Origin: Catajapyx aquilonaris
Taxonomy: Eukaryota
Assembly (NCBI GenBank): GCA_000934665.2
Contig: KZ538071.1
Span: 62,001 to 126,000 of the forward strand
Length of the DNA stretch: 64,000 nucleotides
Reading direction: 5' to 3'
Below the pieces are notes generated by a model. That model saw only the letters and a list, made by a program, of their open reading frames with translations, ran no database searches and was not told where the DNA came from. This document shows, piece after piece, positions 53,300 through 64,000 of the stretch (the stretch's first letter is position 1; every line of letters starts with the position of its first letter). The position numbers and the translations under genes were made by a program.

Positions 53300-54279
53300 A
53301 TATCCCACTGCAATTGAATTCACTTACAGAACCAATACATAATTTGCATTTAGCATACCCACACTTTCATCCCTTTATTGACTCCAAACCTATTGAAGGC
53401 AGATCAGCTTTTTTTTTTAAAAAAAATGGGTAAGTCCAAGTATCCATAATAAGACAGTTCTAATAGACGGTTAATGAGAGGGAAAGTTCTCGTAGGGCAT
53501 CTATACCATTTTCCCTTTTGATTTCATTACTAATCCTGCTAAGTAGTACCCTTACCACCATTATCAGTTGATCCGGCAATAAATTACACTTTGTAATATA
53601 CCTTCGCCTTATCCTCATTGCCATCCCGTCCCATCCCAAAAGGGAGGCATATATGAAGGGGGGGGGNGAGTGTAAAAAAATGTAGAGAGAGAGGCCTATA
53701 AAGCGAACCTGTAATCGCTCCACCTACAACATCCATTACGTGACACGTTCGGAGTGCTTGGATTGAATATTAATAATACCAAATAATGAAATCTCTCTCG
53801 CCCTGCATCATCATTCCGGTTTCTTGGCCCGGGATTAGGGGGGTGAGTATGGGGATGGGTGAAGGGAAAAAAAAGGGGGGGGGGGTTCTTCTTGGTGTAA
53901 TACGAGCACCACCATAGGTTGTGTGGCTCCTAGTTGACGGCTAGAAATTTACGCAAACCATACGAGTTTTCAGGTGGCCTTCCAGTTTACCGGGGGATTC
54001 CGATGATGATAAGTAAAGGTGGGACGGGTGACATACGGTTTATCTGGGTTGCTTAATGGAATGAAAATTATGCTATATTCTAATCTAAGTTCGGTAGGAT
54101 GTTACATGCTAAAGGACTTGGGGTGTAGGTATGAAACTCTCTGATTAATTTTTTTAAATTTTTTAATCATAATATTAACAGTGTCTTTCTGCAATGGCGC
54201 GTTTAATAACGTCTGTGTCATCACTGAAAATTATGCACGTAGTCATAAGGCTATTCGCAAGTGAGCTATTCCTACCGAC

Positions 54280-54351
54280 AGCAGAGTGGCGCAGCGGAAG
54301 CGTGCTGGGCCCATAACCCAGAGGTCCGTGGATCGAAACCACGCTCTGCTA
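54280..54351 (+). tRNA. tRNA-iMet-CAT: Initiator tRNA-Met (CAT)
   Basis: AGCAGAGTGGCGCAGCGGAAGCGTGCTGGGCCCATAACCCAGAGGTCCGTGGATCGAAACCACGCTCTGCTA: 72-nt cloverleaf, A1:U72 pair, three G:C pairs in the anticodon stem, GATCGAAA T-loop (eukaryotic initiator hallmarks). TTTT terminator at 54361-54364. Confidence 0.98.
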
Positions 54352-56285
54352 GGGTGTTACTTTTATTCTTATACCGTGTCGAGAAATAAGTAGAAACACT
54401 AATAATTGCAAATAGAAATTCAGTGAGATTTTTATTTCGCCACACCCACCCACCGACTCTACAGGATGGTCAGTAACCTCCCATACTGACAGTCATCAAG
54501 CCCAAAATACTCAGCACTTTTTTTTTAGATGCTGGCATGTCTCGTTACGGGGTGCGACAGCAATTAAGTTTTGCAGACGATCTCCTGTGAATTATAGGGG
54601 ATAGCCTACTGATTAAACAACTCGTTACGTGCTTGGGGGTTGCATAACCAGCAGGATATACCGTATTATTCAAGTAGAAAACTTTTCCTGTTTTATATTC
54701 ATATAATATTCACATTAGCCCAACTAGCCATTTCGCATATGACCATAATAGACAAGTTTACGCTCTATCGGACAGCACTAAACCGGCTAGAGAAAAAAAC
54801 TCACTACAAGTCCCCAAGTCCGTACTTTTTTCGAACCTTGTGGGACTCGCCCGAGAGGACAATTTTTCGTCCACGCGTCGTTCACGCCCATATTTCGCCA
54901 AGATCTCGGTTCGGCGAATTTGCGAGTCTTTAATCTAAAAAAAAAAACACGTAAATGCCCCAAAGATACGTCACCACGAATCCCACTTCTGCCAACATAA
55001 ATTCAAAATAATGCAATAATTAAGGGTTAGGTTATGCTGATGTAAGCCCAAGAAGCCTTGAAACCCCCCCTTTAATTTAGAACTAATTTCAAGAAATCCT
55101 CAATGTGCACCTAATGATACAGGTAAATTCTCCTCCCCCTTGGCCCTGTGGCACCCACTGTACACCATATACTGTACAGTCTGAACAGCATCGCACCGGT
55201 GACTCAGGAAGGTCGGATGCAAGCGACGGACGGGACCTTCATTCCCGATCATCTGGAAAAGCGACTTTCCCATACAGCCAATCTGGTGGAGGTTAATTTG
55301 AGGCTTGACATGAGATGAGGGTAATTTGGGGCTGGGCCGCCATAGGAATTTGCGCAGTTTGAGGTCTGCCTTGGGATTACCGACAAATCGCAGGCTAAAC
55401 AACTGCGGGTTGCTGATATATGCTTTCAGTGTAGGTTTCCTAGCTAGCTATCTCGCACAAGAGCAATCACCGACAACAAAACCTCTTCCCATTTCGCTTC
55501 AAACATATAGTTTATAATAGCGGCAGCGATATACCGTGTATAGGTAGGTGAGATAAAATTATTACCGCAGCTGCAGTAAGCATAAGTGTGATATGTACAC
55601 CAACACTTAATTATACATCGATTTCGAATTAATAATTCATGGTCCAATATTATACATTCTAAAACGTGATGAGTATTTCAGACCGTTTCTAGTCTCCTTA
55701 TACTCACACAGTTAAACGTGAGTTAATCGGCAAGGTAAAACGTTGCCCACGAAATTCTTTTCACCTCTAGCTCATGAAGCTCACACAATCTGCTCCACTT
55801 AACTCAGCTTTTTCTTCTTAACAACCGCAGCCAACAGTTTTTCCAACACAATGTCGCGCATTAGATGGGAATCAATTTTTTACGACCCCGAGAGAACAAA
55901 CGCTGTGAAATCTGACCAACAAAGCATACTACAGGTATATATATATACACGTCATCACAAAAAAAAAAAGTTGGTTCACCTCCAACCTTTCCGATGTCAA
56001 CAGACGATGCAGCTTGATAATCTTGCGAACAAGAAGCGACACGAAAATTTGTGCAAGTCAGTATATCTAGATATATTGCAATTTAAGGGGCTCTGTCGAA
56101 AATAATTTCGCGGATTAAGAAGATTTAACGAAAAAGTTAAGCTGTAGAGGAATGTTACATTACATTCCTAGAAAGTTGACTGCGTAAATAACTAAAAAGT
56201 GTAATACTAATATATAACGATTTACATATGCATTGCACAAATACGGTGCTAAATTAATCTTACACTTCTGTAATTACAAGTGGCA

Positions 56286-56351
<66 letters not shown>
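56286..56351. repeat. (ATT)22 microsatellite
   Basis: Read directly. Confidence 0.97.
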
Positions 56352-56352
<1 letters not shown>

Positions 56353-58239
56353 GTGCTGATGAACTCTATGTACCGTGCAAGTTAATTGGTGAGAACAATA
56401 AGGTGGCCGATTGACCGGGAAGAAAAAGTTAAGCCTGAAAGGGATCATTCCAAAGTCATAGATCATAGTCGCGCAGGTTTCATTCTTGCCCTGGGGCAGC
56501 CCCCTCTAGCCCTGGTTCCCTCATCATCAAGGCTCGCCGTCCAATGATGGATGAGGCACCATAAACGCTTAACCTGGCCCATTATGTAAAAATCTTTTAT
56601 CCCGTTCCATCCAGCTCTTGCATTTTTCCCACCCCGTATATAGCAGCGTATAAACAACAGACACTGACATCTAACGCAGCAATAACAAATAATAATTCAG
56701 CCTCTTTATCCTAGAGATTTTATACCTGCTGGTTATTCACGCTCGACTAGTCATCTGTAGACTGTAAAATGAGTGGAAACTAGACTTTTAGCTCCTATAA
56801 AGAAACCTCGGAAAGGTCCTAAAAAGTCCAACAAAGGTATTTAAAGGCACTATAAACTTTTCCAGTTTCCAGTGAAAACTGTGCTTTTAAGCACTACAAT
56901 ATTTATATTTCTAGATTGCAGGAGAAACGATTTAAAACATACTTGCAGAAAAGTCAGCATTATAATACGAATATAATTTTAAATACGTGAATATTAATGA
57001 CACCTATAAGCATTTAAAATGTTATTGTTATGAAGTTACACTATACAGATGTGAGGTTATCTATATCAAAACGCAACAGCTCCATTATACGTAAATATAA
57101 TGACAAAAATATTCTATAGTAACAGATTTTGACAAGGCGAAGAATTATCATATTGTGCTAAATGAAGATTAGAGCCTATTGTTATATACTACACATATCA
57201 GTATGAGTTTTTGATATAATTATATGGTATAGGGATTCTTTTCCGCTTTTCAAAATACGACTCCTGTTCATTACGCCCTCTGCACCAGTTCTTTGTGGTC
57301 ATCTGCCCATTGCCTCTTCTTCAAGGAGCCTTTTTTTCGACTTAACTCGGTTCATCTTCATCAGCATAGACATAGAGGAATAAAAACTGCGAGAAAGACC
57401 ACAACTCCTTCATAATGTGAAGGAGAAAATACGGGCGTCCAAATTTTCCCAGTATCTTACCTACGGTAGTCAATGGTCAGATGCTGGGTTTTATCACATA
57501 TTAATTTCCAAATATAACAACAAATTTTCCAATGAATATTATTTTGGGAACAGTGCATGTTTCAATTATTACAAAATGTGCTTAACCATTTTTCGATATG
57601 TCGCCTAGCTTCGATCGACATTTCTTGAAAATCAACCTGTTGATATTGTAAGACTGTATATACCATCAGTAAGGTATGGAGTATAATCCAGGAGAGACAA
57701 CAGTAAAGGTTAAGCTTATATATTTCCAACTAACTTATACACTATAGCCTACCATACATGTGCGCAATTTGCACTGTTTCTCTCTCTTCCTTCAACCCAA
57801 AGGTATAAACTTTATGAACGTCCCTTGTCTAATATATACCGTACTAACGTCACAATCTTTTCTTTGTTAAATTCATTGCCACACTAACATGATGGACAAG
57901 ATTAGTATTTCGACTGCTAAAATGCAGAAAACCTTAACTTAAAATGCTAAAAATGCCGAAAACTTGCAGCCTGAACACGGCACAAACACGCAGGGCTGTA
58001 CGTATGATCCTTTCCTTATAGTATGTAATGAGGATGCACCACATTTTAATGATGATTATGATTATTATCAATTATCAATTATTTAAAATCATTAGCTTTG
58101 TCTGGATATAATAGTAGGTTAGGCAGTTTGGACCTCTACTTGTTGAACGTTTTCAAACTACCCGTCTGTGGCATATATGGAAAAATACATTTACGAATTG
58201 TGCCGTGTTCAGACTCCAGGCATTAGGCCATGTTATTAG

Positions 58240-59650
58240 CATTGGCGTAACTAGGGGGGGGGGGCAGGGGGCGGGGGGGCCAGCCCTCACCCCCCACACA
58301 CACAGAATCATATAGCCCCCCCCCCCCCCCACAGCATGTCATGATGCGTAATGCACAAGTGTAAGTGTTGATGTTTTCAAACGTTCTCAATAAATTAACC
58401 CCATTTTGTTTATCCTCTAAAACTTATTTGAAAACAAAAAAAAATGCCATTCATCATTTGCGCCGGACCTTGACGGCATAATATCGATTATCGATAATAT
58501 CGATAGTGTCAAAGATGGCGGATGGGAAGAAGTGACCACGAGGTCAACGAGGTGCTCCGTGCTCGGCTCTTCGGTAAGCATGTCTATTTACTATTTTGAA
58601 ATGGTCACATCAAGCCAGTTCCCGGCTGGTGGCATTCTAGGAGGTTCCTAAGAGGGATAGTGCATGGTCAAAAAGGAATAGTGTAAGTTTCAAGAGTATA
58701 GTACAGACGGCTGTGCTTCAGGTCTGAAAACCATGATGTGGGCTCTTTACTACGTAGTAGTGAACACTTGCCAAAATTTGGAAACACTGCCCGGCTCGCC
58801 CTCTCACTTGCATGTAGACTGTAGTACCTAGTTAGTAGTACGATAGGCCACTAGTTGGCGCATAGGCTCCCTCTCTGCACACTACTGCCGCTCTCAGGGG
58901 GAAAGTAGTACTACATGCACGTTGTTGATGAGTCATCTCATGGACGGGGCCCACCAGGGCTTCCAAGCAGTGAACTGGTCGGGTTCGCATCGTCCGGTGG
59001 TAATATAGTAAATATACTGACGTAACTCAAGTTACCTTCAGAGTGGTGATACCCTCCCCATTTGGCAGCCCAGTAATTCTGAGGTCGAAAAATTATTGTA
59101 ACATCATGGTTCTTATGGATTCAGTTACTTGTGACGCCATTTTTGTAGAGTATGCTTTTATTTAAAAAACTAATAGATACCGGTACTTCACTATATTTCA
59201 TTTCATCCCAAAAATACACACAAAAATGTAGGGTAGGCCTGCTTGCTGTTTATGCCTTAAAACAGCTCAGATTCTGGTAAAAGAATGAAAAAATGCCCTG
59301 TTAGAGTCAGTTAGGGTCGGAACTCTGGACGTTAAAGATCACTGGGTCACAAGTGCCACTCTGAAGAGGCAGCGAAACACCTATTCTACTTTGGAATCAA
59401 ACTGGACGGCACGGCATCATCCCGTATAGCGAGTGAAGGTCTGCAGTACCGGTACTGCATTGTTAGTGTTGTTTTATCTGTTACTAGCTTAAATTCGTAT
59501 GGGAAGATTCCACTGTACTTTGTCAGTTACACTCACCTAAGCTTGTGTGACCTTGAACCCAAAAAATTTCCCCTGCGGCGGGCTTCTAGTGGGGGGAAGG
59601 GGCGGAGGGACCTCGGCCCTCCCTAGACTCCGAGGCTAGTTACGCCACTG
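58240..59650. mobile_element. Non-autonomous hAT-like element (1411 bp)
   Basis: TIRs CATTGGCGTAACTAG / CTAGTTACGCCACTG (14/15). Perfect 8-bp TSD GTTATTAG at 58232-58239 and 59651-59658. No ORF of 60 aa or more inside, and no recognisable transposase. Confidence 0.9.
58482..58579 (+). promoter_or_regulatory. DRE-type promoter-like cassette inside the 1.4-kb hAT element
   Basis: TATCGATT (58482), TATCGATA (58489) and TATCGATA (58498), then AAGATGGCGG (58512-58521) and a splice-donor-like CG|GTAAGC at 58574. Function is inferred. Confidence 0.4.
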
Positions 59651-60864
59651 GTTATTAGTGGGGAAATGCAACTATTAACGATAGGCTTGTGACGTCAGTA
59701 CACTATAAATACTATACCGTATACTATACGAATGTGATCATTGATTACGGGGGTTGGAGTAACAAATAACAAATAGAACAGGCTGGACCTGCGAGATGAA
59801 GCCTTTTTGAGAATTTTTGGGGAATTAAATCGAAGGTGCTGCCAACATTTTCAGTTCGACCTCTGGCTTTATAATAGTGTTATTTATGATCGTTTAATTG
59901 TAATTAAGACAAGAAAACTCTGGTACCTTGTCTATTTGCGGTGGAAAACAATTAGTCGATTTCGGTGTCAGAATCTGGTCATTACTTCCGTCGACGAATA
60001 ATAACTAAGACAGTGCTTCCCGATCTTTTTCGTTGGCGACTGATACAGTACTTTAATTCGCATCGTCTTCACTCTTTCCTCCCCTTCCATCTTCTCCTCC
60101 TTTTCCTGTCTCCTTTTTCCACCGCAAATAGACGAGATAACTGCGTTCTGGTTCTGTCTTAATTGATGACATTTTTGCTGCCCGATACAAAATTGAAATT
60201 TCTCTGATTAAACCAGGCACTTGTTACCGATTTATGAGACAAAAAGTATGCCAGTTTCAGAAATTGCATGTATACACTGTGCTGTGCTGTACCGAAAATA
60301 AGAAAACATGCATTACTGTACTGCACTATATGAAACCCGAGAGATTGAAATCCTAATGTCAGTTGGACAATTTTCCTTGGACTCGTCAGTGTCCAACATG
60401 GACAGGCTTCACTGTATACCGGATTTAGATATTATTTTGTTTTAGAACCGGTCATTCTTTGTTCAGCAAATAAAATAAAATGAAATATTAGAAGCGGATT
60501 TTTTCAAAAAGTAATTTCAGTTTGCATGGTGCTATCTACTTTCACCTCGCGTATTCAACTACACACGGTGCTCTCAATAGTTTTATTTGATTCTTTACAT
60601 GTACCTAGTAGGCCTTTATCACAAAATATAATCAACCTTAACGCCACTATTACTATTCCGGTGTATTAAATTACAAAATATGTTCATTGACCAAAATATT
60701 AAAAGATTGAAGATTTTTTGAAGGTGACTGTAACTCTCAAGAAGGTAAATACATTTGCAAACATCAAATAACACTCATCTTCATTTAATTACATAATATA
60801 GACCATAATTTATACAGTATATACGCAGGCATGGTGTGTCTAAGAAAACATGACATATAGACAA

Positions 60865-60978
60865 GGGCCGGTTTCACCGAGCTCGGTATATGATAAAACC
60901 AGGTTTCTTTTGGAAAATACATACAAATATTTTTTGAAAGAAACCTGGTTTTATCATATTATACCGAGCTCGGTGAAA
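60865..60978. mobile_element. Foldback element or MITE remnant
   Basis: Arms TTTCACCGAGCTCGGTATA-TGATAAAACCAGGTTTCTTT (60872-60910) and its reverse complement (60937-60978, 3-nt indel). Left end GGGCCGGTTTCACC; right terminus and TSD not intact. Confidence 0.6.
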
Positions 60979-61355
60979 TCATGGAGAGAGGTTTAAATCG
61001 CGGCTGAGTATAGATCGCGGGTTAAACTGGCCACGTCTTCGCAATCCACCCTCAGAGTCTGGTGATATGTATACCGGTATATCTACTCTACACTATAACA
61101 ATTTTCGATTTTCAATTTTGGATAAGGAACTGGCTTAGCTCCACATATTCACATAAGAAACAGTCACATTATGTTAACATTCGAAAAAAAAGACAGCCAA
61201 AAAAAAAAAACCCAACATAAAGCTACCAAATATCACACGATGAAATGTCACTGAATAATCAAATAATACACGGTATCTCAATTGCTGCGCAAAAGTATGT
61301 AATTAGTTTTATAGGCGTGTGTATGTTTCATTTGTGAGAGGTAAAAGGTATGCCT

Positions 61356-61427
61356 TAGCAGAGCGTGGTTTCGATCCACGGACCTCTGGGTTATGGGCCC
61401 AGCACGCTTCCGCTGCGCCACTCTGCT
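61356..61427 (-). tRNA. tRNA-iMet-CAT: Initiator tRNA-Met (CAT), second copy
   Basis: Reverse complement is identical to the 54280 copy over all 72 nt. TTTT terminator on the minus strand at 61346-61343. Confidence 0.98.
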
Positions 61428-64000
61428 GTTGGTAGGAATACGGCCCCTTGCGAATAGGCTTATGGTTGTGTGCAAATTTTCAGTGATACGAATCAAGCAG
61501 TGGTGATTAAATGTAACATTGCAGAATTGTGTGTTTATATTAAACAATGTTAAACATTTAAGGTCGAAATATGGCCCGGACGGCTTACAAAAGGGTGTAA
61601 AAAAACCGTCAGAATATGTGCAGAAATAGGCATGTAATTACTGTATATCCTAAGCTCGAAAGTGGAATTTTGAGGTTCTCTAAATCCGTGGTAACTTTAG
61701 ATTTCGAACTATTAAAACACCTTCATGGACGCACATTCCATTGCTCAATAATTTCCTCGAACAATACATTAATATTATTACTCGAGCTACACAGGAACAA
61801 ATAAAGTGTTCGCCTAAAATCCAGTCCATATAATATGGAGTCAATAGTTATTATTTAAGAAGTCAGCAAAAATATTGTCCTAATGCATGCATAAACTTAC
61901 CTAAATTGGATTCTAATTAATCTGCAATTAACATCTAGACTTCTAGAGTCTGTAACAATACACGGACGAATTTTTCAAAAGCAGTGCTCCTGCTGGGATC
62001 AGCATATGAATTTAAGGCAACTCTAAGCTAAAATCCAACAAAATATTTGGTTAATGCTTGCTATTGGCTCGTCAGTAGCGTAAATCAGACAGGTACATCC
62101 CATTCTGATAATAACATATCTGTCCCTGATAAATTAAAATATCGTAGAACTCTTGCTAGTTGCATCATCATTGGATAAGATGTGCAGTGAATGGCCCTGA
62201 GATATTCTGACCGAATCCTAGAGACAGCCAACTATACAGTGTGTAGGAAGAGGTGGTTATGCAGAAGCGGTTGCGCGGACACGGAACTGGAGCCAAGGTC
62301 ACGCTGCCCTCACCTTACCTCTCATTCCTCTCATCATCACCCATCCCTTATTCTCACAGCCGCTTCCTGGAGAAGCCCCATTAGAAGGATGCTATAACTC
62401 TTCAGGTAGTCCCTCTATATTGCGTACCATGCTGGCTGCCCCATCAAGCCTCTTATACGCCACTCGACTCAGTTATAGTGCTGCTATATTTTCTAGCCAA
62501 TTCATTTCAAGTGTAGTGCTGTGTCAGAACCATATTATTGTCCTCACTTATATGCAATGGTGACGCATAAAAAGTGAGTCTTCCAAATGGACGGATCATG
62601 TCTGATATGCACAACCAGAGTATGAAAGACAGTTGAATGTTTCAACCTCCAGCATTTATTGCTCTGGCATCTTTTCGCCAGTTTCAAATGCAAATCCTTG
62701 GCACCTAAGCTGAGAGCAGCCTCCAGGGCTTGGCATAGGGAGGGGGTGTACCCCAGTACCTCCCTCGCATTAGTCCCTCCATGATGATAGCGTTTGTCGT
62801 TATTCAAATGAGTCGGGTGTAATCTGCTCGGCAGCTCAGGTTATAAAGTGAAGCGAGTGAGTCAAGTGTATCTGCTTAGCATTCCGGAGGAATGGGGGTC
62901 TTCAGATCCCCCAAGACTTCCCCTAGTGCTGACTCTTACATAGCTGCATGGCTGGGTGACGGCGACAGGCAGGCAGCCCAAATTAGCCGCCTGTTTGATC
63001 CTTATCCAGCTATGTTTTATGCCAGGCCGCTGACAATGATTTACAAGTAATAACACGGCTCCCGATCGCTCAGCCCTTAACTCACTTATCACGCGGCATG
63101 CTGCATGGCGCGCGCGGGCCTTCTTCTACGCCCCGGGCCACCATCTCTGGACACGCCACTCTTCCCACCTCCCCCATCTCCCGAAAAAAGGACCCCTAAG
63201 CACGAACATCCCGCCGCGATATTAGCACTTTCGGATGGTCCACCATCCACTATACACAACACCATCATGCACCAGCCCCGATTTATTGCCCTTTTGCCTG
63301 TTGCAGCTTCAGGGGGGCTTCTAGACTTATGTCTTCAACAGCTTGAAAAGGACAGTCATACCGAGTATTGTCATCTGATTGTTGCTACTTTTGGCTTAAT
63401 GTGCCAAACAAGTCACTCTCCTTGACATACGAAAAGTTGAGGCCGGGGGTACAATGAAACAATGAAGAAATGGCTCCCATTTTGTTGAGTGTACCCCTGT
63501 GGGCATTCAAGATGGGCGGGGCAGACACTGAAACTGACCCCTCGCAACAAAGAGTAACTAATATCGGTTGAGGTGGGGATATAAAAGAGAGGTGATACTG
63601 AAAAGGTCCGCCTCCAGATGTAACGCATGCGTGCTCCACTTTCATCCCAGCCGACGCCGATTCAGGGACATGCATTTTTATGGTTTTATGATTTTAAGAC
63701 GAACGATGGATGCTTCACTTGCGAGCAATCCACTTGCCTCTAATAGCTACTTTTTCACAGTATCTCGACCTTGCATTCCAATTAATATTCCTCATCCGGC
63801 CAAAATGTTTGCTCAATTATTGCCACCTGGTCTTACCAATTGCTACAATGCTGGCATACCATGCATTATCAATGTAAACACTTACACATTGGCACGTAAG
63901 ATGAACGAACTACCTCAAGGACCTTTGTCTTGTTTCACTTACCTAAAAAGGTGTGCCCGGACCTACCGCGTAATCTATGGATATTTTTCAAAATTTTCCA

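Noticed and set aside
54641..56740. Short inverted match TGCATAACCAGCAGG / CCTGCTGGTTATTCA about 2.1 kb apart
   Set aside because: Only ~15 bp, with no TSD or recognisable terminus; compatible with chance.
59345..59390. CTGAAGA-GGCAGC-GAAAC, resembling a minimal hammerhead ribozyme core
   Set aside because: Stems I and III around a UH cleavage triplet cannot be formed in either type I or type III topology.
63935..64000. Strong minus-strand donor AG|GTAAGT at 63942 as a possible far-upstream dys coding exon
   Set aside because: The phase-2 frame has an in-frame TAG and no ATG after it; it could only be non-coding, which cannot be tested here.

Overview
Animal genomic DNA, most likely from an arthropod (inferred from the gene below), and almost entirely intronic or intergenic. 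The only protein-coding gene I can support is a minus-strand bHLH-PAS transcription factor of the dysfusion (dys)/NPAS4 class. Six phase-compatible GT-AG exons (800 nt) are spread over 39 kb (39636 down to 499) and encode bHLH, PAS-A and most of PAS-B. The 3' part of the gene lies before position 1, and the first coding exon is only tentatively placed near 41.4-41.5 kb. Upstream are two identical initiator tRNA-Met genes in convergent orientation (54280 +, 61427 -) with homologous 5' flanks. About ten non-autonomous DNA transposons or foldback elements are visible: hAT-like with 8-bp TSDs, Tc1/mariner-like with TA TSDs, CACTA-like, Harbinger-like and one Helitron-like, including two nested insertions. 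There are also micro- and minisatellites. Nearly all entries in the ORF track are spurious. The most interesting unexplained structure is: (1) a ~37-bp nuclear-receptor-site-like core at a fixed subterminal position in four hAT elements with different TIRs; (2) an apparent excess of exact Su(H)/CSL octamers across the dys locus; (3) a triple-DRE promoter-like cassette inside a 1.4-kb hAT element; (4) recurrent TA-flanked footprint-like motifs. I cannot demonstrate a wholly new biological system. All counts were made by eye.
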